In this document: piece by piece, positions 27,034 to 36,036 of the stretch | Layout of the letters: each line of letters starts with the position of its first letter | Numbering within the stretch: the stretch's first letter is position 1 | Origin: an uncultured Pseudobdellovibrionaceae bacterium | Lineage (GTDB): Bacteria; Bdellovibrionota; Bdellovibrionia; Bdellovibrionales; UBA1609 | Length of the DNA: 64,000 bases | Reading direction: 5' to 3' | Assembly (NCBI GenBank): GCA_964628445.1 | Contig: CAZVOP010000001.1 | Location: forward strand, 27,355 to 91,354 | The notes under the pieces: model-generated | Database searches by the model: none | What the model was told of the DNA's origin: nothing | The model's input: the letters and a program-made list of their open reading frames with translations, nothing else | Position numbers and translations under genes: made by a program

Positions 27034-27977
27034 AAAAATCAATTCTCGTCTTGGTGTTGTTAATGCCCTCTCTCTCTTTCGCTTGGGGCCGCCGTGGTCA
27101 CCAAACGGTCGGTGAAGCCGCGGCCCAGCTCGCGAGCGAAGATCCCAGCGCGCCGTTTTTGAAATCGCGCAGCTATGATTTCGGCTACTACGCCAATGTT
27201 CCGGATTTCATTTGGAAGAAGCCCGCGACTTATGCTTTTGAAAAGCCGCAGCACTTTATGGATATGGAAATTTATGAGCGTGAGTTCAAAAAGCATCCGG
27301 AGATCAAAGATCCCTTCTCGCTCTCGCGTAAGGAATTCGAAGCCGCCTTTCCGCAGATTAAAGATAACGCCGGTCGCGCCTTTTGGCGCATCCGTGAGTT
27401 GAATGATCAGTTGAGTTCGTACACCAAAAGATTACGTGAATTGCCGGTGAAAGACGAAACCAAGGCGGAGCGCCGTTTGCTTCAAGAGAACTGGTTTCTT
27501 ACCGCGGGCGTAATGGCTCACTATTTCGGCGATCTTGCGCAACCGTTGCACGTCAGCGAAAATTATGACGGCGAATTGACCGGGCAAAAGGGCATTCACG
27601 GTTATTTCGAAGACGATATGGTCGACGAACTCTATCCGCAAGTTCGGGTGAGCGTGCAAAAGCAGGCGGCGAAGCTGTGGCCGGAATTTAAAAAGAGAAA
27701 TGCGAATAAGTCCGTGCTGGATATTTTGAAAGAGCTGGCCGTTAAATCGAACAAGAGAATTAATCCTCTCTTGGCCATTGATAAAAAGGAAAACCGCGAA
27801 GCTCGAGCGAAGAATGCTAAAACTTACGAAAAAATGATCGTCGATTGCTTAACGGATGGAAGCTTGGCCCTGGCCGAAATTTACCGCCGCCAGTTGGGCT
27901 GGAAGTATGACGGCCATCGTTTCTTCTTTTTCGCGGGCGAGCCGGCGTACATGATGCCGGGTGAGCCGTCAAAATAG
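27030..27977 (+). CDS. Secreted S1/P1-type zinc nuclease
   Basis: Signal peptide ending ...SFA directly before WGRRGHQTVGEAAA (N-terminal Trp Zn ligand of P1 nuclease). AHYFGDLAQPLHV. ATGA overlap with the radical SAM gene. Confidence 0.6.
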   Translation: MKKSILVLVLLMPSLSFAWGRRGHQTVGEAAAQLASEDPSAPFLKSRSYDFGYYANVPDFIWKKPATYAFEKPQHFMDMEIYEREFKKHPEIKDPFSLSRKEFEAAFPQIKDNAGRAFWRIRELNDQLSSYTKRLRELPVKDETKAERRLLQENWFLTAGVMAHYFGDLAQPLHVSENYDGELTGQKGIHGYFEDDMVDELYPQVRVSVQKQAAKLWPEFKKRNANKSVLDILKELAVKSNKRINPLLAIDKKENREARAKNAKTYEKMIVDCLTDGSLALAEIYRRQLGWKYDGHRFFFFAGEPAYMMPGEPSK

Positions 27978-28019
27978 AGGCATATCGCGCGTAGGATGTG
28001 GTTTTCGATACAGGCAGAA

Positions 28020-28277
28020 TTAGATTTTCTCTAGAAATTGCAGTATCGGCACGCTTCCGCGCAAGATTTGCTGACCCACGATCAACACCGGTGTCTCAAC
28101 GGCGCCAATCAAAGCTCGCAGTTTCCCTTGCGCGCCTTCATACGCGATATTCAAAAATTGAATGTGCTCGGTCAGCTGATGCTCAACCAAATACTTGCGC
28201 ACCCGCGCGCTGTCTTCGCCGCCGCTACCGATCTGATGAAAGAGAATCCATTTTTCTGCGGACATATTTAAAGCCAT
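28020..28277 (-). CDS. Small glutaredoxin/GST-N-like thioredoxin-fold protein lacking a CxxC
   Basis: 85 aa. WILFHQIGSGG...ETPVLIV pattern resembles a Grx fold with Ser in place of Cys. Low confidence. Confidence 0.35.
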   Translation of the reverse strand: MALNMSAEKWILFHQIGSGGEDSARVRKYLVEHQLTEHIQFLNIAYEGAQGKLRALIGAVETPVLIVGQQILRGSVPILQFLEKI

Positions 28278-28344
28278 GAGTTACTTAAGCCCGATATCGC
28301 CACCGAGTCCATAGTTATCAAGTTATTTCATACACTTGAGATGA

Positions 28345-28382
28345 AACTAAGTTCTTAGTTGCAATCAACTAAGAACTTAGTT
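28345..28382. promoter_or_regulatory. Two tandem 16-bp palindromes (candidate BlaI-family operators)
   Basis: AACTAAG-TT-CTTAGTT (28345-28360) and AACTAAG-AA-CTTAGTT (28367-28382), centres 22 bp apart, 28 nt upstream of the blaI-like ATG. Together they also form a 15-bp perfect inverted repeat (28347-28361 / 28366-28380). Confidence 0.5.
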
Positions 28383-28409
28383 ACTGTAGTTTTAAGCGGA
28401 GGTTCGCCC

Positions 28410-28802
28410 ATGAAGAAGAAAACGAATGAGCAGAAGCTGCTCACGGAAGTTGAGCTCGAGTTTATGAATGTGATTTGGGCTTTGGGCGAAGCTTCCGTCG
28501 CGGAGGTGATCGAAAATCTTCCTGAAGATCGCAAAGTCGCTTACACCTCGGTCTCGACGATCTTAAGAATCTTGCAGCAAAAGAATGTGCTGAGCGCGCG
28601 CAAAGAAGGGCGGGGTCATGTTTACATTCCGTTGCTGCAGAAGTCGGACTACGAGTCGCGGTCGGTTTTACATATGGTGGATAAAGTTTTTGACGGCACC
28701 CCTCTGGCTTTGGTGAAGCAGCTGTTGGGGTCAGTGAAAATGAAACCCGAAGAGCTGTCGGAATTGAAAGACATGCTGGCGCAATTGGAGAAGAGGAAAT
28801 GA
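28410..28802 (+). CDS. BlaI/MecI/CopY-family transcriptional repressor
   Basis: Winged-helix N-terminus LTEVELEFMNVIWALGEASVAEVIENLP...YTSVSTILRILQQK and a C-terminal dimerisation helix. GGAGG RBS before ATG 28410. Confidence 0.8.
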   Translation: MKKKTNEQKLLTEVELEFMNVIWALGEASVAEVIENLPEDRKVAYTSVSTILRILQQKNVLSARKEGRGHVYIPLLQKSDYESRSVLHMVDKVFDGTPLALVKQLLGSVKMKPEELSELKDMLAQLEKRK

Positions 28803-30376
28803 TCACATCTTTTTTTAGCGCTTATTTGAGCTTAAATGTGGTGATTGCGGCGGCGGTGATGGCTTTATTTTTGATTGCGCCGTGGATAGGAAAGCTCAAT
28901 GCGTCCGCGCAGCTGAAACTGCACTACGCGATTCTAGGTTTTGTGATGGTGTCGCCGTTGTTGCTTTCGATTTACAGGCCTCCGAGTCTTTTTCGGCCGG
29001 TGATGAAAGTGTGGAATTCTTCGCCTTCGGCAGTGGCTAGCGTAACGGCGAATTCACGCGGTGTTTTGGTTTTATCCGACCATGTTTCGGTGAGCGCGGA
29101 TTATCTGTTTTTGTTTGTTATTGGGTTGTGTTTGGGCTCGTTGCTTTTTGGTTTGTGCTATGTGGCTTACGGGCAATGGCAAGTGCGTCAGATTTTGCGC
29201 GCGAGCTTTCTTTATAAGCGCATTCGCTTCGCGAATGTGTTGATCAGTGAAGAATGCCTGATCCCGTTTTCATACCGGGGTTTGTGCAAGGCTTACGTGG
29301 TGCTGCCTTCTTATTTATTAAATCAGCCGGAAAATTTTAAAATGTCGGTCGCGCACGAGCTGCAGCATCACCGGCAGGGCGATACGGCATGGGCTTACGC
29401 CCGCCTGCTTTTGGGCGCCGTATGTTTTTTGAATCCTCTTATTTATTTTTGGAATCGATGGATCGATGAAGTTCAAGAATTTGCCTGCGATGAGAAATTG
29501 GTTGGCCGCCAAGATCTCGTGGCGCGGGCCTATGCCCGCTGTCTGATTCAGGTGGCGGAAACGGCTTGGGTTCAGGCGAAAGTTCCGGTCGGCGCAACCG
29601 GGATGATTCTTTTGAGCCGAGGCCAACTACTTAACAGGAGAATAAAGTCTATGTTCGAGGCAAAGAAAATTCAGGGAAGATTTGTTTGGCTTGCGCCATT
29701 CATGCTGGTCGCGGCGGTTGTCACTTCGGCCGCTTTCGCGGCTAAGGGAATGGTGCAGGATCGCCGCATCACCATGGCGCAAGCCCAATCCTTTGTGCAA
29801 ACGAGCGCCAGGGACTCGGAAATCCCGCTGCGCGTGAATGAGGAGGTGCTTGTCTGGTTGAACTATTACGTGGGCACTCCGGCGGGACGACTACAAATGA
29901 AAGAAGCGCTACGCAGGATGGAGGCATATCGCTCGATGATCGGCGATAAGATCTTGGCTTACCATGTGCCCTCGGAACTCATAGCGATCCCGCTCATCGA
30001 ATCGGGTTATCAAAATCTTCCCGAGAGCAATAAAGCGGGCGTCGGCGCCGGATTATGGATGTTCATCGCGAGCACCGCGCGTCACTTCGGATTGAAAGTC
30101 GATAAGGCGCAAGATCAGCGTTTGCATGAAGAAAAAGAAACCGAAGCCGCGATGAGATATTTGCTCGGCAACAAACTCCGTTTCGACGATTGGGAGCTCT
30201 CGATCATTGCCTACAACGCCGGCGAAGCTTTTGTGCAAAAAGAGATCGACCGTTTAGGAACACGTGACGCTTGGGAATTGCTCAGCAAGGGCGGCTTCCG
30301 CCGCGAGACGCGTGAATATTTGCCAAAGCTGAATGCCGCCATATTAATTATGAAGAGCCCTTCGCTGATCGAATAG
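28799..30376 (+). CDS. BlaR1-like M56 membrane metalloprotease fused to a C-terminal MltD-like lytic transglycosylase (SLT) domain
   Basis: Four N-terminal TM segments. HEXXH (VAHELQHHRQGD). A further TM (FVWLAPFMLVAAVVTSAAF). Then IPLIESGYQN...GAGLWMFIASTARHFGL...IIAYNAGE...ETREYLPKLNAA (SLT/MltD motifs). ATGA overlap with the blaI-like gene. Confidence 0.75.
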   Translation: MITSFFSAYLSLNVVIAAAVMALFLIAPWIGKLNASAQLKLHYAILGFVMVSPLLLSIYRPPSLFRPVMKVWNSSPSAVASVTANSRGVLVLSDHVSVSADYLFLFVIGLCLGSLLFGLCYVAYGQWQVRQILRASFLYKRIRFANVLISEECLIPFSYRGLCKAYVVLPSYLLNQPENFKMSVAHELQHHRQGDTAWAYARLLLGAVCFLNPLIYFWNRWIDEVQEFACDEKLVGRQDLVARAYARCLIQVAETAWVQAKVPVGATGMILLSRGQLLNRRIKSMFEAKKIQGRFVWLAPFMLVAAVVTSAAFAAKGMVQDRRITMAQAQSFVQTSARDSEIPLRVNEEVLVWLNYYVGTPAGRLQMKEALRRMEAYRSMIGDKILAYHVPSELIAIPLIESGYQNLPESNKAGVGAGLWMFIASTARHFGLKVDKAQDQRLHEEKETEAAMRYLLGNKLRFDDWELSIIAYNAGEAFVQKEIDRLGTRDAWELLSKGGFRRETREYLPKLNAAILIMKSPSLIE

Positions 30377-30394
30377 CGCAGCTGCTCACGAGTC

Positions 30395-30427
30395 GCGGGA
30401 GTTCTCTTGGACTCCCGCTTTTTATTT
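30395..30427 (+). terminator. Rho-independent terminator
   Basis: GCGGGAGT-ttctcttgg-ACTCCCGC followed by TTTTTATTT, 19 nt after the blaR1-like stop. Confidence 0.75.
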
Positions 30428-30441
30428 GTTATCCATGCCTA

Positions 30442-30801
30442 ATGACTATTCATCCTGACTCTTGGATTGGTTGGCTGCTTTACTGGATTGTTTCGGGCGC
30501 GGCACTCGCGATCACCGCCGGGATCGTTCCGGGTTTTCGCTTGAAGAGTTTCAAGTCGGCGCTTGTGGCTTCGTTGGTTATCGGTTTAGCCAATATTTTT
30601 ATTCGGCCGGTGCTGATTCTCCTTACGTTTCCTCTGACAATACTGACTTTAGGCCTGTTTATTTTTGTGGTGGATGCGATTGTTTTGCGCTTAAGCGCGG
30701 CGATGCTCGAGGATTTCGAGATCAGCAACTGGTTCTCGGCAATCATCGGCGCGGTGATCTTGGCGATCATGTCGAGCGTCTTGCATCTCCTCATCATTTA
30801 G
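30442..30801 (+). CDS. Small membrane protein, phage holin 4_2 / DUF360 (YvlD-like) family
   Basis: 119 aa with 3-4 TM helices. GIVPGFRL...ALVASLVIGLANIFIRPVLILLTFPLTILTLGLF, typical of this family. Confidence 0.6.
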   Translation: MTIHPDSWIGWLLYWIVSGAALAITAGIVPGFRLKSFKSALVASLVIGLANIFIRPVLILLTFPLTILTLGLFIFVVDAIVLRLSAAMLEDFEISNWFSAIIGAVILAIMSSVLHLLII

Positions 30802-30814
30802 TTAGACTTAAAGC

Positions 30815-32155
30815 ATGAATAAGCTAAAAGCGGTCCTGCGTAACCCGAACCTCCTGGTCGTGTTTTTAATGGGATTCTCGTCAGGACTTCCGCTGGTTCT
30901 GATCGGCGGAACGCTGAAAGCCTGGATGAGGGAATCCAATGTCGATCTTAAAACGATCGGCTTCTTCTCGGTCGTCTCGCTGCCTTACACCTGGAAATTT
31001 ATTTGGTCGCCGCTGATGGACCGTTACGTGCTGCCGCTGGGCCGGCGGCGTGGTTGGTTGATCGTTTCGCAAATTGGTTTGTTCGCATCGATATTGGGTC
31101 TTTCGACCGCCGATCCGGCCACGCAAACCGCGATGCTCGGCGTATGGGCTTTTATTGTGGCGTTCTTCGCCGCCAGCCAAGACATCGTGGTCGATGCTTA
31201 CCGCCGCGAAATTTTGCCCGATGAGCAACTCGGTCTTGGCTCGTCATTTTATGTTTTTGCTTACCGCTTAGCGATGTTGCTGGCGGGTGCGGGGGCCTTT
31301 TCGTTTTCGAAGCGCATTCCGTGGAGCGAAGTCTACATCATCATGGCATTCTTCATGGTGGTGGGGGTGATCACGACATTACTCTCCAAAGAACCCAAGA
31401 CCGAGGTGCCGCCGCCGAAAACTTTAAAAGAATCGGTGATCGGGCCGCTGAAAGAATTCTTTACGCGCGATTCGGCGATATTGATCTTAATTTTCGTTTT
31501 GCTCTACAAGCTCGGCGAGTCGATGGCCAGCGACATGTTCAATCCGCTCTACATCGATTTGCGCATCGATAAAGACGCGGTCGCCGGCGTCTCCAAATTT
31601 TTCGGCTTTTGGGCGATGGTCGGTGGCGGAATGGTCGGCGGTTTTGTGATCATTCAGCTGCGCCTTTATCGTTCGCTCTGGATATTCGGGATTTTGCAGG
31701 CCGTTGGTCTGCTCGCTTTTTCGGCATTGGCTCATTATGGGCGCATCTTGGTCGAAGCGAATGCCGCTTTATTTTTGAGCGACCCCAAAGCCACGATTCC
31801 AACGGCGGATATTCTTCCCATTCTGGCCACGGCGGTGGGAGTGGAAAATTTCACGAGTGGTATGGCGACGGCCGCTTTCGTGGCTTTCATGGCAATCCAA
31901 ACCAATAAGCGCTTCACCGCGACTCAATATGCTTTGCTCACCAGCTTGATGCAGGTGCCGCGTACGGTCTTCGGCATGTCGATGGGGATTTTGGCGGAAA
32001 GCTTGGGCTGGGAATGGTACTTCGCGGCCTGCGCGCTTTTTGCCATTCCCGGGCTAATCACGCTGTTCTGGATTAAAAAGTTATTGCATGAGCCTGAGGC
32101 ACCGTCCAGCCGCAAGCCATCTTCCACGCAAACAGCGGCTGCGGCTCAGTCTTAA
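30815..32155 (+). CDS. ampG: AmpG-family muropeptide MFS permease
   Basis: FLMGFSSGLPLVLIGGTLKAWM...FFSVVSLPYTWKFIWSPLMDRY. Multiple hydrophobic (TM) segments along its length. Confidence 0.8.
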   Translation: MNKLKAVLRNPNLLVVFLMGFSSGLPLVLIGGTLKAWMRESNVDLKTIGFFSVVSLPYTWKFIWSPLMDRYVLPLGRRRGWLIVSQIGLFASILGLSTADPATQTAMLGVWAFIVAFFAASQDIVVDAYRREILPDEQLGLGSSFYVFAYRLAMLLAGAGAFSFSKRIPWSEVYIIMAFFMVVGVITTLLSKEPKTEVPPPKTLKESVIGPLKEFFTRDSAILILIFVLLYKLGESMASDMFNPLYIDLRIDKDAVAGVSKFFGFWAMVGGGMVGGFVIIQLRLYRSLWIFGILQAVGLLAFSALAHYGRILVEANAALFLSDPKATIPTADILPILATAVGVENFTSGMATAAFVAFMAIQTNKRFTATQYALLTSLMQVPRTVFGMSMGILAESLGWEWYFAACALFAIPGLITLFWIKKLLHEPEAPSSRKPSSTQTAAAAQS

Positions 32156-32553
32156 TCCCAATTCTTCTTGCGCAGCTTCTTAATTTCGCCGCGATGTGAT
32201 TTCGCATCGATGCGTTTTCTGACCGACGATTTCGTCGGTTTAGTCGCCTTGCGTTTCTTCGGCACAAACAAAGCTTTGCTGACTAAGTCGGCCAATTTCT
32301 CCAGACAGCGGGTTTTGTTGCGCTCTAGATCGCGGAACTCATCGGCACGAAATTGGATGTAGCCGTCATTGGTCATCAATGGTGCCAGCCGAACGCGCAG
32401 CCGGGCTTTTTGCTCGGGCGTAAAAAGCAGCGAGTGCTCCAGGTCCCAATTTACCTGCGCGGCTGAGGAGACCTTGTTGACGTTTTGTCCACCAGGCCCG
32501 CGGCTGCGCACGGCTTTAAAAATAACTTCGCGGCGAAAATATTCGGGTGCCAC
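32152..32553 (-). CDS. arfB: Alternative ribosome-rescue factor ArfB (peptidyl-tRNA hydrolase, YaeJ family)
   Basis: GPGGQNVNKVSSA (GGQ motif) and a basic C-terminal tail. Confidence 0.85.
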   Translation of the reverse strand: MAPEYFRREVIFKAVRSRGPGGQNVNKVSSAAQVNWDLEHSLLFTPEQKARLRVRLAPLMTNDGYIQFRADEFRDLERNKTRCLEKLADLVSKALFVPKKRKATKPTKSSVRKRIDAKSHRGEIKKLRKKNWD

Positions 32554-32558
32554 GGCGT

Positions 32559-34253
32559 TTAACTTCGAACCATCATTTCTTGGATCTTACTGAGCAAATC
32601 GCGCGTCGAGAAGGGTTTACTCAAAAACATCGTCGATTCCAGGTTGATTCCATGACGGACAAGTTCATCCGAGGAATAGCCCGAGAGAAAAAGAACTTTC
32701 GGCTCCAAGCCTTCCCGTTTGAGCTCCTCGACGAACGCGGGCCCCGTTTTTTCCGGCATGATGACGTCGGCGATAATCATGGATATCTTCTTGGGATGGC
32801 TTTTCATGATCGCGCAGGCCTCGTTGCCATTGCGGGCTTCGAGCACCTCGAAGCCCTTACGGCGCAAAAACGAGGCGGTGATCGTGCGCAACTCATCCTC
32901 ATCTTCCACGAAAAGTAAGGTCTGCGTTGAGAGCTGCGCGACCACTGGGCTGGGGGCCGCGTGAGTACTGGCTTCCTCTTCGCACGCGGGAATGTAAATG
33001 TGGAATTGCGAGCCTTCGCCGAGCTCGGATTTGACTTCGATTTCGCCGCCCGCTTGTTTGACGATACCGAACACCGTGGGCAGCCCGAGTCCCGTCCCTT
33101 TGCCGACTTCCTTAGTGGTGAAGAACGGTTCGAAAATATGCGCTTTGGTTTTTTCGTCCATGCCTGTGCCGGTATCAGCCACGGTGATGCGCAGAAAAGA
33201 GCCGCCCCGGCCCGCCGCGAACTCACTCCGCCCGGCGCTCACCGTCAGCGTGCCCCCGAAGGGCATTGCATCGCGCGCGTTGACCACAAGATTCATGAGG
33301 ATTTGTTCCATATGCGTTTGATCCGCGCGCACGTTCGGGATGTCTTGGGTCAAGTCCATCTCCAGGCGAATGTTTTCGCTCAGCAGGCGCCTGAACAGCT
33401 GTTTCATGTCGCTCAATAAAAGTTTGGTGTCGAGCACGCACGAATCCATCACTTGGTTGCGACTGAAGGCCAAGAGTTGCTTGGTCAGACGCGTGGCCTT
33501 TTCGGCGGCACTTTGAATACTGACGATGCATTCCCTAAGATTTTCGTCTTTCAGGTCCTCGAGAAGGAATTCGACGTTGAGATGGATCAAACTCAGAATG
33601 TTATTGAAGTCATGCGCAATGCCCCCGGCCAGTTGCCCGATGGCCTCCATCTTTTGTGCTTGGCGCAGTTGCTGCTCGAGCTGCTTGAGATTCGTCAAAT
33701 CAAGCGTGAAACACAAGATGTCTTGATCGTTTGAGAGCCTCGTGCCGCCGATCATGACCGGCACACGGCCCCCGCTCTTGCGCAGAAATTCTTTTTCGAA
33801 TGTCGGGCAGATACCCGTCGTACGCAACGCTTCCATCCCGCGTTTGTTCACATCCCAATATTCGAGCGGCACGCCGGTGGTCCAATTCACTTTTCCGTTT
33901 TTAATATCTTCTTTGGTGTAGCCGATGATTTTCAAGAAAGCCGCGTTGGCCTCGGAGATCCTGCCTTCAAGGTTGACGATAAAGAGGCCCAATAAATCCG
34001 AATCCATCAACCGGTCCACGCGCCCTTCGCTTACCGCCAGCCTTTCACTGGTCAGCAATTCCTGGGTGACGTCGCGGTACATAAAGCCGATGAAGTCGAC
34101 TTCTTGTTTTTCATTCAGAATGGGAAAGGCCGTGCAGTCCATGCCCAGGCGGAGGCTTGGGCCGACTTGAATATTGCCGGCACTTGGCGCGTCGAACCAC
34201 AGAGAAGGAATCGTCGCCATTTTTCCGGCTAACGCTTCCCTAAAACCATCCAT
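32559..34253 (-). CDS. Hybrid sensor histidine kinase (PAS-PAS-HisKA-HATPase-receiver); true N-terminus probably upstream of 34253
   Basis: H-box [12 protein letters not shown]. Motifs DTGTGMD and GTGLGL. C-terminal receiver (LLFVEDEDE...IADVIMP). Coordinates run from the first ATG, but the PAS-coding frame stays open to 34499. Confidence 0.8.
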   Translation of the reverse strand: MDGFREALAGKMATIPSLWFDAPSAGNIQVGPSLRLGMDCTAFPILNEKQEVDFIGFMYRDVTQELLTSERLAVSEGRVDRLMDSDLLGLFIVNLEGRISEANAAFLKIIGYTKEDIKNGKVNWTTGVPLEYWDVNKRGMEALRTTGICPTFEKEFLRKSGGRVPVMIGGTRLSNDQDILCFTLDLTNLKQLEQQLRQAQKMEAIGQLAGGIAHDFNNILSLIHLNVEFLLEDLKDENLRECIVSIQSAAEKATRLTKQLLAFSRNQVMDSCVLDTKLLLSDMKQLFRRLLSENIRLEMDLTQDIPNVRADQTHMEQILMNLVVNARDAMPFGGTLTVSAGRSEFAAGRGGSFLRITVADTGTGMDEKTKAHIFEPFFTTKEVGKGTGLGLPTVFGIVKQAGGEIEVKSELGEGSQFHIYIPACEEEASTHAAPSPVVAQLSTQTLLFVEDEDELRTITASFLRRKGFEVLEARNGNEACAIMKSHPKKISMIIADVIMPEKTGPAFVEELKREGLEPKVLFLSGYSSDELVRHGINLESTMFLSKPFSTRDLLSKIQEMMVRS

Positions 34254-34665
34254 CGCACCGTTTTTTTGTGCCAGAGGATCGTCGATAATCTTGTAATCGG
34301 GCGGAGGGGCGGAGCCGAACAGATTCAGAAATGTCGGATTGACGAGGATCGATTTTCCTTCGCGATCGAAGATTTGAAAACCGATCGGCGAATACGCGAA
34401 GAATCCTTTTAAAAAAGATATCGGATCAGAGACCGTTTCAAGATGAGTGTTAAGTTGCTTAAGGCGTTCTATTCGCCGCTCCCTAGTGTCATGACTTAAT
34501 TAGGTTGCCGGGTCGTTTTTCATTAAACAAGTTAACTTTAAAATTTCCGGCCTCAGGGACAAATGAGGGTTCCGCCCTGTAAAACCCCATTTAAATTGAG
34601 CTGACGCAGAATTGGCGCCGTTTTAAGAGTTTAAAACGCGGTGCGCCTCATGTATTATCTCGCCC

Positions 34666-35652
34666 ATGCCACAATCCTCCCGCATTTCCGGAACGGGCTC
34701 CTACTTACCCGAGCGAATATTGACGAATCACGACCTTGAGAAAATGGTCGACACCTCGGATGCATGGATTCGCGAGCGCACTGGAATCGAAACCCGTCAC
34801 ATCGCCGCGCCCGGTGAGATGACCACTGATATGGCCTATAACGCCGCCAAGCGCGCGCTCCAATCGGCTAAGCTTCAGCCGTCCGACATCGAAGGCATTA
34901 TCTTTGCCACGGTAACTCCGGATCAAACGATGCCGAGTGCGGCCTGCATGCTGCAAACAAAATTGGGCTGCCCCGCGAATTTCGCCTTCGATATTTCGGC
35001 GGCTTGTTCGGGTTTTATTTTCGCTTTGAACCTGGGCGACAGTCTGTTGCGCACGAGCGGGATGAAGAATATTTTGGTTATCGGAGCGGAATCGCTTTCA
35101 CGCATAGTGAACTTCAAGGATCGTGAGACCTGTATCCTGTTCGGTGACGGCGCCGGCGCGGTGGTCCTTACGGCGACCGGCGATGAACAATCCCGCTTCC
35201 TGGGATTTCATGTGCGTTCGAACGGCACCTTCGGGGAATTGCTCACTCTAAAGAGCGGACGTCCGGTTGACCCGTTGAATCCCCTGGCAGAAGCCGTCGA
35301 AATGCCTTTCGTGCACATGAAGGGCCGCGAGGTTTTTAAGGCGGCGGTGCGGGCGATGAGCGAAAGCTGCGAAGCCGTTTTAACGGCGAATCAGCTGACT
35401 CACAAAGACGTGGATTGGTTTATTCCTCACCAGGCGAATGTGCGCATTATCCAATCCGTCGGAAATTCGCTCGGCATTTCACCTGAAAAGGTGATTATGA
35501 ATATTCGCGAGACCGGTAATACGTCTTCAGCGACCATTCCCGTCGCCTTCGATCAAGCGGTGCGGGACGGGCGTATTCAGCGCGGCCAAACCGTTTTATT
35601 CGCGGCCTTCGGCGGTGGCCTCACTTACGGAGCCACCGTTTTCAAGTTTTAA
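34666..35652 (+). CDS. fabH: Beta-ketoacyl-ACP synthase III
   Basis: Catalytic triad motifs AACSGF, HQANVRI and GNTSSATIP. Confidence 0.9.
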   Translation: MPQSSRISGTGSYLPERILTNHDLEKMVDTSDAWIRERTGIETRHIAAPGEMTTDMAYNAAKRALQSAKLQPSDIEGIIFATVTPDQTMPSAACMLQTKLGCPANFAFDISAACSGFIFALNLGDSLLRTSGMKNILVIGAESLSRIVNFKDRETCILFGDGAGAVVLTATGDEQSRFLGFHVRSNGTFGELLTLKSGRPVDPLNPLAEAVEMPFVHMKGREVFKAAVRAMSESCEAVLTANQLTHKDVDWFIPHQANVRIIQSVGNSLGISPEKVIMNIRETGNTSSATIPVAFDQAVRDGRIQRGQTVLFAAFGGGLTYGATVFKF

Positions 35653-35658
35653 GAATTT

Positions 35659-36036
35659 TTAGTATTCGCGATGAGCTTTACGCATCCGCGTGAAAGATTC
35701 CAGCTGACGTATCGCTTTATTGAAGGCGTCCTTTACCGCAAGAGAAATATCCGTGTGTGAATCGGTCACTTCAGGATCGCGGCTGACGGCAATGCGCTTG
35801 CCGGGCACAGCGAGTTGGATATTGATATGAAACTGTTTTAGCCCTCCCTTATGCGGTATGCGCACAACCACTTTGCAATCCTGAACGCGGTCGTAGACAC
35901 GCGACAGTCTTAAAAGTTGTTCCTCTATCTGTAGCCGCGTGGCCGGCGACGATTCGCTATCCGCAAACGAAATGTCGTAAGAAAATGGAATAGCAGGTGC
36001 CTTAGCGCTTGCTTCTGACAGGCTGACTTCTTTCAC
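35659..36036 (-). CDS. HPF/RaiA-family ribosome-associated protein (sigma-54 modulation protein-like)
   Basis: Beta-alpha-beta-beta-beta-alpha pattern: ...RLQIEEQLLRLSRVYDRVQDCKVVVRIPH...FHINIQLAVPGKRIAV...DISLAVKDAFNKAIRQLESF. AGGAGG before the GTG start. Confidence 0.55.
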   Translation of the reverse strand: MKEVSLSEASAKAPAIPFSYDISFADSESSPATRLQIEEQLLRLSRVYDRVQDCKVVVRIPHKGGLKQFHINIQLAVPGKRIAVSRDPEVTDSHTDISLAVKDAFNKAIRQLESFTRMRKAHREY

